64,000 nt of DNA from Nemertoderma westbladi (lineage: Eukaryota; Animalia; Xenacoelomorpha): NCBI GenBank assembly GCA_032718475.1, contig JAUCBJ010008890.1, positions 1 to 64,000 of the forward strand, given 5' to 3'. The notes below the pieces were generated by a model. That model ran no database searches. It worked only from the letters and a program-made list of their open reading frames with translations, and was not told the origin of the DNA. Position numbers and translations under genes: made by a program. Below are positions 24,577 through 36,900 of this stretch, piece by piece (position 1 is the stretch's first letter; each line of letters begins with the position of its first letter).

Positions 24577-27500
24577 CTATTTATTGTAAATGGAGGAAAA
24601 AATAAGAACACGGCGATAAATACCGCTGTCTATTATTAGTACTTTATATTGTCTTAAATCAATTTGTAATCAGAATTAATTACCGCCGCAGGAAGACGAC
24701 CCAACTACGACTACGACATTTATAATTAGAACTTTATCGTTATTATTAAATTGTTGAGCAACAAAATACATTATTTCTGCTACGCTCCATTGTATCTCGC
24801 GGGTTGCGCCACAAATACATTTGTTGCGCTACATATTTTGTTACTTTTTCGCTCGAATATAACTCAAAATCTGGAGAAAAGTTTAACTTTTTCCCTTTTG
24901 AAAAAAAGTAACCCATAGGATTGCATTGGTTTTACTTTTTTCCCCCGGAGAAAAAAGTAAATTATAATATTTTGTGTGGAATTTCTTAAATTTTATTATA
25001 TGTATTGATAATTTAAGCAAAATCCATTCACACACTCAAAAGTTATTGCAACTTGCAACTTTGGTGTTCCATACCTACCTACTTATCATGTCACCATGTT
25101 CCCGTACAATCTTCCCAACGTGTTACCTACCTACTTATTGTCATGTCACCATGTTTCCGTACAATCTTCCCAACGTGTTACCTACCTACTTGTCATGTCA
25201 CCATGTTCCCGTACAATCTTCCCAACGTGTTACCTACCTACTTATTGTCATGTCACCATGTTTCCGTACAATCTTCCCAACGTGTTACCTACCTACTTAT
25301 TGTCATGTCACCATGTTTCCGTACAATCTTCCCAACGTGTTACCTACCTACTTGTCATGTCACCATGTTCCCGTACAATCTTCCCAACGTGTTACCTACC
25401 TACTTATTGTCATGTCACCATGTTCCCGTACTATCTTCCCAACGTGTTACCTACCTACTTCGCTACTTGTAATGTCACCATGTTTCCGTACAATCTTCCC
25501 AACGTGTTCCCTACCTACTTATCATGTCACCATGTTCCCGTACTATCTTCCCAACGTGTTACCTACCTACTTGTCATGTCACCATGTTTCCGTACAATCT
25601 TCCCAACGTGTTACCTACCTACTTATTGTCATGTCACCATGTTTCCGTACAATCTTCCCAACGTGTTACCTACCTACTTGTCATGTCACCATGTTCCCGT
25701 ACTATCTTCCCAACGTGTTACCTACCTACTTCGCTACTTGTAATGTCACCATGTTTCCGTACAATCTTCCCAACGTGTTCCCTACCTACTTATCATGTCA
25801 CCATGTTCCCGTACTATCTTCCCAACGTGTTACCTATCTACTTATCATGTCACCATGTTTCCGTACAATCTTCCTAACGTGTTCCCTACCTACTTGTCAT
25901 CTCACCATGTTCCCGTACTATCTTCCCAACGTGTTACCTATCTACTTATCATATCACCATGTTCCCGTACAATCTTCCCAACGTGTTCCCTACCTACTTA
26001 TCATCTCACCATGTTCCCGTACTATCTTCCCAACGTGTTACCTATCTACTTATCATATCACCATGTTCCCGTACAATCTTCCCAACGTGTTCCCTACCTA
26101 CTTATCATGTCACCATGTTTCCGTACAATCTTCCCAACGTGTTCCCTACCTACTTGTCATGTCACCATGTTCCCGTACTATCTTCCCAACGTGTTACCTA
26201 CCTACTTGTCATGTCACCATGTTCCCGTACTATCTTCCCAACGTGTTACCTACCTACTTCGCTACTTGTAATGTCACCATGTTTCCGTACAATCTTCCCA
26301 ACGTGTTCCCTACCTACTTATCATGTCACCATGTTCCCGTACTATCTTCCCAACGTGTTACCTATCTACTTATCATGTCACCATGTTTCCGTACAATCTT
26401 CCTAACGTGTTCCCTACCTACTTGTCATCTCACCATGTTCCCGTACTATCTTCCCAACGTGTTACCTATCTACTTATCATATCACCATGTTCCCGTACAA
26501 TCTTCCCAACGTGTTACCTACCTACTTGTCATGTCACCATGTTCCCGTACTATCTTCCCAACGTGTTACCTATCTACTTATCATATCACCATGTTCCCGT
26601 ACAATCTTCCCAACGTGTTACCTACCTACTTGTCATGTCACCATGTTCCCGTACAATCTTCCCAACGTGTTACCTACCTACTTGTCATGTCACCATGTTC
26701 CCGTACTATCTTCCCAACGTGTTCCCTACCTACTTGTCATCTCACCATGTTCCCGTACTATCTTCCCAACGTGTTACCTATCTACTTATCATATCACCAT
26801 GTTCCCGTACAATCTTCCCAACGTGTTACCTACCTACTTGTCATGTCACCATGTTCCCGTACTATCTTCCCAACGTGTTACCTATCTACTTATCATATCA
26901 CCATGTTCCCGTACAATCTTCCCAACGTGTTACCTACCTACTTGTCATGTCACCATGTTCCCGTACAATCTTCCCAACGTGTTACCTACCTACTTGTCAT
27001 GTCACCATGTTCCCGTACTATCTTCCCAACGTGTTACCTATCTACTTATCATATCACCATGTTCCCGTACAATCTTCCCAACGTGTTACCTACCTACTTG
27101 TCATGTCACCATGTTCCCGTACAATCTTCCCAACGTGTTACCTACCTACTTGTCATGTCACCATGTTCCCGTACTATCTTCCCAACGTGTTCCCTACCTA
27201 CTTGTCATGTCACCATGTTCCCGTACTATCTTCCCAACGTGTTCCCTACCTACTTATCATGTCACCATGTTCCCGTACAATCTTCCCAACGTGTTACCTA
27301 CCTACTTATTGTCATGTCACCATGTTTCCGTACAATCTTCCCAACGTGTTACCTACCTACTTGTCATGTCACCATGTTCCCGTACAATCTTCCCAACGTG
27401 TTACCTACCTACTTGTCATGTCACCATGTTCCCGTACAATCTTCCCAACGTGTTACCTACCTACTTATTGTCATGTCACCATGTTTCCGTACAATCTTCC

Positions 27501-29859
27501 CAACGTGTTACCTACCTACTTGTCATGTCACCATGTTCCCGTACAATCTTCCCAACGTGTTACCTACCTACTTATTGTCATGTCACCATGTTCCCGTACA
27601 ATCTTCCCAACGTGTTACCTACCTACTTATTGTCATGTCACCATGTTTCCGTACAATCTTCCCAACGTGTTACCTACCTACTTGTCATGTCACCATGTTC
27701 CCGTACAATCTTCCCAACGTGTTACCTACCTACTTGTCATGTCACCATGTTCCCGTACAATCTTCCCAACGTGTTACCTATCTACTTATCATGTCACCAT
27801 GTTCCCGTACTATCTTCCCAACGTGTTACCTACCTACTTGTCATGTCACCATGTTCCCGTACAATCTTCCCAACGTGTTACCTATCTACTTATCATATCA
27901 CCATGTTCCCGTACTATCTTCCCAATGTGTTCCCTACCTACTTTTCATGTCACCATGTTCCCGTACTATCTTCCCAACGTGTTCCCTACCTACTTGTCAT
28001 GTCACCATGTTCCCGTACAATCTTCCCAACGTGTTACCTATCTACTTATCATATCACCATGTTCCCGTACTATCTTCCCAATGTGTTCCCTACCTACTTT
28101 TCATGTCACCATGTTCCCGTACTATCTTCCCAACGTGTTACCTACCTACTTGTCATGTCACCATGTTCCCGTACAATCTTCCCAACGTGTTACCTATCTA
28201 CTTATCATATCACCATGTTCCCGTACTATCTTCCCAATGTGTTCCCTACCTACTTTTCATGTCACCATGTTCCCGTACTATCTTCCCAACGTGTTACCTA
28301 CCTACTTGTCATGTCACCATGTTCCCGTACAATCTTCCCAACGTGTTACCTATCTACTTATCATATCACCATGTTCCCGTACAATCTTCCCAACGTGTTC
28401 CCTACCTACTTGTCATCTCACCATGTTCCCGTACTATCTTCCCAACGTGTTCCCTACCTACTTGTCATGTCACCATGTTTCCGTACTATCTTCCCAACGT
28501 GTTACCTATCTACTTATCATATCACCATGTTCCCGTACTATCTTCCCAACGTGTTCCCTACCTACTTGTCATGTCACCATGTTCCCGTACTATCTTCCCA
28601 ACGTGTTCCCTACCTACTTATCATGTCACCATGTTCCCGTACTATCTTCCCAACGTGTTACCTACCTACTTGTCATGTCACCATGTTCCCGTACAATCTT
28701 CCCAACGTGTTCCCTACCTACTTGTCATATCACCAATCACCATGTTCCCGTACTATCTTCCCAACGTGTTCCCTACCTACTTGTCATGTCACCATGTTCC
28801 CGTACTATCTTCCGAACGTGTTCCCTACCTACTTTTCATGTCACCATGTTCCCGTACTATCTTCCCAACGTGTTCCCTATCTACTTGTCATATCACCATG
28901 TTCCCGTACTATCTTCCGAACGTGTTCCCTATCTACTTGTCATATCACCATGTTTCCGTACTATCTTCCCAACGTGTTCCCTACCTACTTTTCATGTCAC
29001 CATGTTCCCGTACTATCTTCCCAACGTGTTCCCTATCTACTTGTCATATCACCATGTTTCCGTACTATCTTCCCAACGTGTTCCCTACCTACTTGTAATG
29101 TCACCATGTTCCCGTACTATCTTCCCAACGTGTTCCCTACCTACTTGTCATATCACCATGTTCCCGTACTATCTTCCCAACGTGTTCCCTACCTACTTTT
29201 CATGTCACCATGTTCCCGTACTATCTTCCCAACGTGTTACCTACCTACTTCGCTACTTGTAATGTTACCATGTTTCCGTACTATCTTCCCAACGTGTTAC
29301 CTACCTACTTGTCATGTCACCATGTTCCCGTACTATCTTCCGAACGTGTTCCCTATCTACTTGTCATATCACCATGTTTCCGTACTATCTTCCCAACGTG
29401 TTCCCTACCTACTTGTAATGTCACCATGTTCCCGTACTATCTTCCCAACGTGTTCCCTATCTACTTGTCATATCACCATGTTTCCGTACTATCTTCCCAA
29501 CGTGTTCCCTACCTACTTGTAATGTCACCATGTTCCCGTACTATCTTCCCAACGTGTTCCCTATCTACTTGTCATATCACCATGTTCCCGTACTATCTTC
29601 CCAACGTGTTCCCTACCTACTTGTCATATCACCATGTTCCCGTACTATCTTCCCAACGTGTTCCCTACCTACTTTTCATGTCACCATGTTCCCGTACTAT
29701 CTTCCCAACGTGTTATTATTATTATTAACTATCCGGGCTATGCCCCGGCGCTTTATTGATTCGATTTCAGTAAAATTTCAACAATTGGACACAATACGCA
29801 CAATAAATATAACATATATACGGTGTGATTGTAAAAGTAGTAAAGATATAATATGATAA

Positions 29860-32800
29860 TTACAATGAGCTAAGTAGATAGTCTTTAATAACTTGGGCAC
29901 GAATAGTACTATCATATTCATATTTGCTTAATACGCAGTTGCAAAACGATGTGATAAATATATCCTTGTGTGATAGTTCACTAAAAAGGTTTCGTTTGCA
30001 TCGATTTACACATTCAGTAACAGAATACTGGTGTACTGCTATGGAAGAGAGGCTTGGTAGGCCAAGCAACCATGAAGTAGACTCGTAAGAGTAGAACAGT
30101 TCGAATTTGTAACCCAAAAAATGGTCACATAATATACTAGAGAATAACTCAGTTAATGTCTTATTTCTGGTATTAAAAATTCTATATATTAAACGGAATT
30201 GATACATATGAATGTGCAACTCCACATTGAAACCGAAGATATTATATAATGCTGAGTTGGAAACCCTGTTATTGAGACCAGTGATTTTCCTCATAACTTT
30301 TCGGCAGTTTTTACTCGTTATGTTTATGTCCGGTGATGATAGATGGGATGCACCGTATATTATACTAGGAATGCAGACCATATTCCAAACTGTCTTACAT
30401 ATCTGAATGGGTACGCTATTGATCATAAAGCCCCTCTGCTTTAGCATTCCTAGATTTTGCCAGATTTTTGTTTCTATAAAACTAGCAGTAGTTGCGGAAT
30501 TGGAAGGAATTGGGATGCCCATGAATCTGCAAGAATCTTTACCGTATAAAGTTATGCCCTCAATTGTTTGGATGGTATCGCTGGTGTCAGTTAGACCATT
30601 TTTATCTATGGAGAGGAAATGGCTCTTTTTTAAATTCAGCTTCATGTGGTGGTCCTCGAGGAAGACATTAGCAATCTGCATTAGCTTCACTAGATCTCGT
30701 TTTATGTTACTTAGAAGTATGATATCATCAGCGTAGTTAATTACGCAAAAAGAGCTATTGTTGATATGTAAACCCAACCCACTGTCTCGTAACTGGTCAA
30801 AAAGCTCCTTCATATAAAAGTTAAAAAGGAGAGGAGAGAGTATGCCTCCTTGTCGTACTCCTTGTTCTATGACTATACCACCGCCGATCAAATAGCCACC
30901 ACACGAAATGTATCCAACTGATTGCTTGTAATTAGATTCAAGTGCATTGACAATTTCTGGTGGAACCGATGTTTGTCGCATTTTATGAAATAGAAATTCG
31001 TGGTTCACTTTATCGAAGGCAGATGATAAGTCCAGACTTAATAGGTATACATGAGAGTTTTTGTGGATGAATTTGTTAATTAAACCAGAGACAGCCAAGT
31101 GTGCAATGTCAGCTCCAATATTTGCTTTGTAACCAAGTTGTAGATCACTGGTAGACAGAGTAGACAGTTCCTTAAGAAGTGAGAGTTCCCAGAGTTTTGC
31201 CAGAGTTAGTGTAATGCTGATGTTCCTATATGATGTTTCTTCAGGTATTAAGGTTGGAACTTTCTGTGGTTTTTGTATTGGAGTAATTACGCTAACAGAC
31301 AATATTTGTGGACAAGATTCATCTTTTATTATATTGTTAAATAAGTCGGCAATTGTCAAACTTAGGGTAGGTGAGATCGCATACCGAAAGCATTCTGCAT
31401 TCTGGTTAAAAATATCTTCTGATTTTCCTATGTTTAATTTCATAATAAGGTCATTGATATCAGATGGCTGTATAACTGTGCATCTTCCCCTCTCAGGTTG
31501 CTCTATATTTGATCGATCTATTGATGGGTGATCATTCCTACTCTCATTGGTGAAGTGTTGTTTTATATTTTGATGAATATCTTTCATATGTTTGTCAGAA
31601 TACGACTGCCTCTTTCTAGTTCGAATTTTCCTCCAAAATGCCTTTGGATTATGCCTATTTGTGCTTATCAACGTTTGTAAGTATTCCATGTAAGAGTCTG
31701 TATTGCTCGTAGTTTTCTTTTTTGAGTTGTGCTTTATAAAAGAGTATGGGATATTATTCACTGCTGCTTCATGTATTGTTCTAATTATCAGTTCCGCTTT
31801 GGTATCAGCACAATTAGCAGTAGTATTACTTAAAACGGTTTCAATCTGACATTTATATGAGGTCAGCTGATCACTGGTGGCACGTTTGAAGTGAAATTTA
31901 ATGTTTTTCATCTTTGATTTTGGATACCTTTCATCATCCTCTCCATATTCTCCCAGCAACAGAACGGAATGCACTGGTTGATGATCAGACAAATTTTTTT
32001 GAACACGCTCTTCAACATTGGCTTCTGAGAGATCTGGTATCAGGTGCAGGGGCATTAAGACATGATCTATGTAGCTTTTGTTCAAGCCTACACGGAAGGT
32101 GTGCAGGTCGCCATGCCCTATCTCCGTCATATCAGCAGCTATCAGGTTATAAGGTTCAGAGAGTGTTTCACGGAAAATATTGGAGCGTTGAAATCTTTTG
32201 TTTGACATACTTCCTGGTGGCATTCTGGGATGAATGCCCCTATCTCCAAGAAAAATATGATTTAGGTCGCCTGCAAGAAGTGGGGTTATATTGTCATTTA
32301 AACATTCTTCGAACACAGATGCAATGATATTTGCCTCCGATTTGAATTTGAAGTTGTCATCTGGATTGCCACAATCAGCTGGCATGTATGTGTTGAAAAT
32401 AGCTAGATTTATGTTATGAAATCCTTTGAGGAAAATACCACACAGCCTATCAGACTGACATTGAAGTGGTTTGGAGAATGGTAATAAGTGATTTTTTACG
32501 AAGATTGCAGTTCCACCTTCTCCACGCACCCGTCGTTTTAGCTTCTTCATCTCATCAGAAACAGTAAATGTTATACATGTATAGTGCTCATGTATACTAA
32601 GCTGATCTAGATAATACTCCGCTTCCCTTGGGCCTAACCAATGCTCCTGAAGACAGAGAATATCCGGTTTGTGTGTATTACAGATTGATCTAATATACTC
32701 TATATTTCTTACATACCCCTTGCAGTTGAAAGTTTCGACTTTCAGTTTGCGGCAGCGTTTATTATTACTTACATTGTTATCCAGTTTGATATTATTTGTT

Positions 32801-32964
32801 TTATTCACAAAAGATCTTGGTTCTTTCAAATTCAGGGAATTTCTTAGAAGAGTTTTACAGTATAGTGGTAAAGAGTTAATCCTTCTAGAAGAGCCAAGTA
32901 TCTGAGTAGATTGTGTAGGTGATTTAAAAGCGATATCTACGACTAGGATGTAACATTGCCGCAT
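29860..32964 (-). CDS. LINE ORF2: AP-endonuclease + reverse transcriptase, uninterrupted 1034 aa
   Basis: ILCLQEHWL, AGDLN, SYIDHV and LSDHQPV (EN); LDLSSAFDKVNH, GVRQGGILSPLLFNFYM and YADD (RT). Confidence 0.95.
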   Translation of the reverse strand: MRQCYILVVDIAFKSPTQSTQILGSSRRINSLPLYCKTLLRNSLNLKEPRSFVNKTNNIKLDNNVSNNKRCRKLKVETFNCKGYVRNIEYIRSICNTHKPDILCLQEHWLGPREAEYYLDQLSIHEHYTCITFTVSDEMKKLKRRVRGEGGTAIFVKNHLLPFSKPLQCQSDRLCGIFLKGFHNINLAIFNTYMPADCGNPDDNFKFKSEANIIASVFEECLNDNITPLLAGDLNHIFLGDRGIHPRMPPGSMSNKRFQRSNIFRETLSEPYNLIAADMTEIGHGDLHTFRVGLNKSYIDHVLMPLHLIPDLSEANVEERVQKNLSDHQPVHSVLLLGEYGEDDERYPKSKMKNIKFHFKRATSDQLTSYKCQIETVLSNTTANCADTKAELIIRTIHEAAVNNIPYSFIKHNSKKKTTSNTDSYMEYLQTLISTNRHNPKAFWRKIRTRKRQSYSDKHMKDIHQNIKQHFTNESRNDHPSIDRSNIEQPERGRCTVIQPSDINDLIMKLNIGKSEDIFNQNAECFRYAISPTLSLTIADLFNNIIKDESCPQILSVSVITPIQKPQKVPTLIPEETSYRNISITLTLAKLWELSLLKELSTLSTSDLQLGYKANIGADIAHLAVSGLINKFIHKNSHVYLLSLDLSSAFDKVNHEFLFHKMRQTSVPPEIVNALESNYKQSVGYISCGGYLIGGGIVIEQGVRQGGILSPLLFNFYMKELFDQLRDSGLGLHINNSSFCVINYADDIILLSNIKRDLVKLMQIANVFLEDHHMKLNLKKSHFLSIDKNGLTDTSDTIQTIEGITLYGKDSCRFMGIPIPSNSATTASFIETKIWQNLGMLKQRGFMINSVPIQICKTVWNMVCIPSIIYGASHLSSPDINITSKNCRKVMRKITGLNNRVSNSALYNIFGFNVELHIHMYQFRLIYRIFNTRNKTLTELFSSILCDHFLGYKFELFYSYESTSWLLGLPSLSSIAVHQYSVTECVNRCKRNLFSELSHKDIFITSFCNCVLSKYEYDSTIRAQVIKDYLLSSL

Positions 32965-33927
32965 CTCTGTAAGATAAGTTGTTGTATGATCGATTTACTG
33001 GTGACTGGTATTGATGATGTTGAGGTATTGGATATTTGTTTCCAGGATGGTTTTCTGACTCCCAAATGCTTCTATTGGAGTCCTTATTAGCATAAAGGTT
33101 ATGTACTTGTTTTGGTGGCCTATATTGAAAGTGTTTGTCACGGTTATTATATGCATAGTTGATATTATTACTGTAATCATTCATGTTCCTTGTGTCTGTG
33201 CTTGGATAATGTCTTCCACTAGATAATCTGTTAGCGTAAGTCATGTCATTTCTCCACTGAGTGGTTCTGTTTCTGATGTGAGTATTAGGTTTGGAAAAAG
33301 ACTCAGTTGATGGCATATTATTACGATGTAGATTTGGAAAGTCGCGAAGTTTATTAGGCCCAGGCAGTAGTTTCTCACTTGAAAGTCTATTGTTAGTTGG
33401 ACTAGATGATGTTCGAGGTTCGGCATGAATAACATTGTCCCATTGCCTATTTTCAACTCGCGTGATTTGACTTCCTTCTGGCCACATCTCGGGTTGGTTA
33501 TATATTCCTGTGTACACTGATTCAATAGTGATCTTTGTATGCTTTTTATAACCCTTATAACCTGATACCCAGACATTTATTGGCCTATGGCCAGTTTGTT
33601 TATAACAGAATTGAGATATGTTTAATGAGGACGAGTTGGGTGGCAATCCTGTAATGTGCACGGTAACAAGGTTGTCTCCATGTACCTGGTTGTTTTTATC
33701 ATGAAGATTTTTTGAAGATGGTGTACTGACATTTGGTGGGACAGTTGACTTTAAAAGATTGGACAGATGGGTGTTTTGCTCTATTAGTAAATGTTCAATG
33801 GTTTTTGTTTCATCCAGTAATGAAAACATGTTGCTGATTTCAATTGGTTGTTTGCTTTTAAATCTATTTTGCTGATTGGGTTTTGAAGCTTGCTCTTTTG
33901 ATATTTTCTTCCAAGTGTTTTTACAAG
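32924..33927 (-). CDS. LINE ORF1, 5'-truncated
   Basis: Upstream of and overlapping ORF2; VHITGLPP...WPEG segment typical of LINE ORF1 RRM-like regions; frame stays open from Met 33829 up to the array junction. Confidence 0.75.
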
Positions 33928-36900
33928 GTGTTCCCTAACGTGTTCCCTACCTACTTGTCATGTCACCATGTTCCCGTACTATCTTCCCAACGTGTTACCT
34001 ACCTACTTGTCATGTCACCATGTTCCCGTACTATCTTCCCAACGTGTTACCTACCTACTTGTCATGTCACCATGTTCCCGTACTATCTTCCCAACGTGTT
34101 ACCTACCTACTTGTCATGTCACCATGTTCCCGTACTATCTTCCCAACGTGTTACCTACCTACTTGTCATGTCACCATGTTCCCGTACTATCTTCCCAACG
34201 TGTTACCTACCTACTTGTCATGTCACCATGTTCCCGTACTATCTTCCCAACGTGTTCCCTATCTACTTGTCATATCCCCATGTTCCCGTACTATCTTCCC
34301 AACGTGTTACCTACCTACTTGTCATATCCCCATGTTCCCGTACTATCTTCCCAACGTGTTACCTACCTACTTGTCATATCCCCATGTTCCCGTACTATCT
34401 TCCCAACGTGTTACCTACCTACTTGTCATATCCCCATGTTCCCGTACTATCTTCCCAACGTGTTACCTACCTACTTGTCATATCCCCATGTTCCCGTACT
34501 ATCTTCCCAACGTGTTACCTACCTACTTGTCATATCCCCATGTTCCCGTACTATCTTCCCAACGTGTTACCTACCTACTTGTCATGTCACCATGTTCCCG
34601 TACTATCTTCCCAACGTGTTCCCTACCTACTTGTCATATCCCCATGGTCCCGTACAATCTTCCCAACGTGTTACCTACCTACTTGTCATATCCCCATGTT
34701 CCCGTACTATCTTCCCAACGTGTTCCCTACCTACTTGTCATATCACCATGTTCCCGTACAATCTTCCCAATGTGTCCCCTACCTACTTGTCATATCCCCA
34801 TGTTCCCGTACTATCTTCCCAACGTGTTACCTACCTACTTGTCATATCCCCATGGTCCCGTACAATCTTCCCAACGTGTTACCTACCTACTTGTCATATC
34901 CCCATGTTCCCGTACTATCTTCCCAACGTGTTCCCTACCTACTTGTCATATCCCCATGTTCCCGTACTATCTTCCCAACGTGTTCCCTACCTACTTGTCA
35001 TATCACCATGTTCCCGTACTATCTTCCCAACGTGTTACCTACCTACTTGTCATATCCCCATGGTCCCGTACAATCTTCCCAACGTGTTACCTACCTACTT
35101 GTCATATCCCCATGTTCCCGTACTATCTTCCCAACGTGTTACCTACCTACTTGTCATATCCCCATGGTCCCGTACAATCTTCCCAACGTGTTACCTACCT
35201 ACTTGTCATATCCCCATGTTCCCGTACTATCTTCCCAACGTGTTCCCTACCTACTTGTCATATCACCATGTTCCCGTACTATCTTCCGAACGTGTTACCT
35301 ACCTACTTGTCATATCCCCATGGTCCCGTACAATCTTCCCAACGTGTTACCTACCTACTTGTCATATCCCCATGGTCCCGTACAATCTTCCCAACGTGTT
35401 ACCTACCTACTTGTCATATCCCCATGTTCCCGTACTATCTTCCCAACGTGTTCCCTACCTACTTGTCATATCACCATGTTCCCGTACTATCTTCCCAACG
35501 TGTTCCCTACCTACTTGTCATGTCACCATGTTCCCGTACTATCTTCCCAACGTGTTCCCTACCTACTTGTAATGTCACCATGTTCCCGTACTATCTTCCC
35601 AACGTGTTACCTACCTACTTGTCATATCCCCATGGTCCCGTACAATCTTCCCAACGTGTTACCTACCTACTTGTCATGTCACCATGTTCCCGTACTATCT
35701 TCCCAACGTGTTCCCTATCTACTTGTCATATCCCCATGTTCCCGTACTATCTTCCCAACGTGTTACCTACCTACTTGTCATATCCCCATGTTCCCGTACT
35801 ATCTTCCCAACGTGTTACCTACCTACTTGTCATATCCCCATGTTCCCGTACTATCTTCCCAACGTGTTACCTACCTACTTGTCATATCCCCATGTTCCCG
35901 TACTATCTTCCCAACGTGTTACCTACCTACTTGTCATATCCCCATGTTCCCGTACTATCTTCCCAACGTGTTACCTACCTACTTGTCATATCCCCATGTT
36001 CCCGTACTATCTTCCCAACGTGTTACCTACCTACTTGTCATGTCACCATGTTCCCGTACTATCTTCCCAACGTGTTCCCTACCTACTTGTCATATCCCCA
36101 TGTTCCCGTACTATCTTCCCAACGTGTTACCTACCTACTTGTCATATCCCCATGTTCCCGTACTATCTTCCCAACGTGTTCCCTACCTACTTGTCATATC
36201 ACCATGTTCCCGTACAATCTTCCCAATGTGTCCCCTACCTACTTGTCATATCCCCATGTTCCCGTACTATCTTCCCAACGTGTTACCTACCTACTTGTCA
36301 TATCCCCATGGTCCCGTACAATCTTCCCAACGTGTTACCTACCTACTTGTCATATCCCCATGTTCCCGTACTATCTTCCCAACGTGTTCCCTACCTACTT
36401 GTCATATCCCCATGTTCCCGTACTATCTTCCCAACGTGTTCCCTACCTACTTGTCATATCACCATGTTCCCGTACTATCTTCCCAACGTGTTACCTACCT
36501 ACTTGTCATATCCCCATGGTCCCGTACAATCTTCCCAACGTGTTACCTACCTACTTGTCATATCCCCATGTTCCCGTACTATCTTCCCAACGTGTTACCT
36601 ACCTACTTGTCATATCCCCATGGTCCCGTACAATCTTCCCAACGTGTTACCTACCTACTTGTCATATCCCCATGTTCCCGTACTATCTTCCCAACGTGTT
36701 CCCTACCTACTTGTCATATCACCATGTTCCCGTACTATCTTCCGAACGTGTTACCTACCTACTTGTCATATCCCCATGTTCCCGTACAATCTTCCCAACG
36801 TGTTACCTACCTACTTGTCATATCCCCATGGTCCCGTACAATCTTCCCAACGTGTTACCTACCTACTTGTCATATCCCCATGTTCCCGTACTATCTTCCC

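Larger units (their letters stand above)
29713..33927 (-). mobile_element. non-LTR retrotransposon (APE+RT; clade uncertain, possibly RTEX-like) inserted in array A, truncated within ORF1
   Basis: (TAA)n tail at 29713-29728; two overlapping ORFs; array sequence on both sides. Confidence 0.93.
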
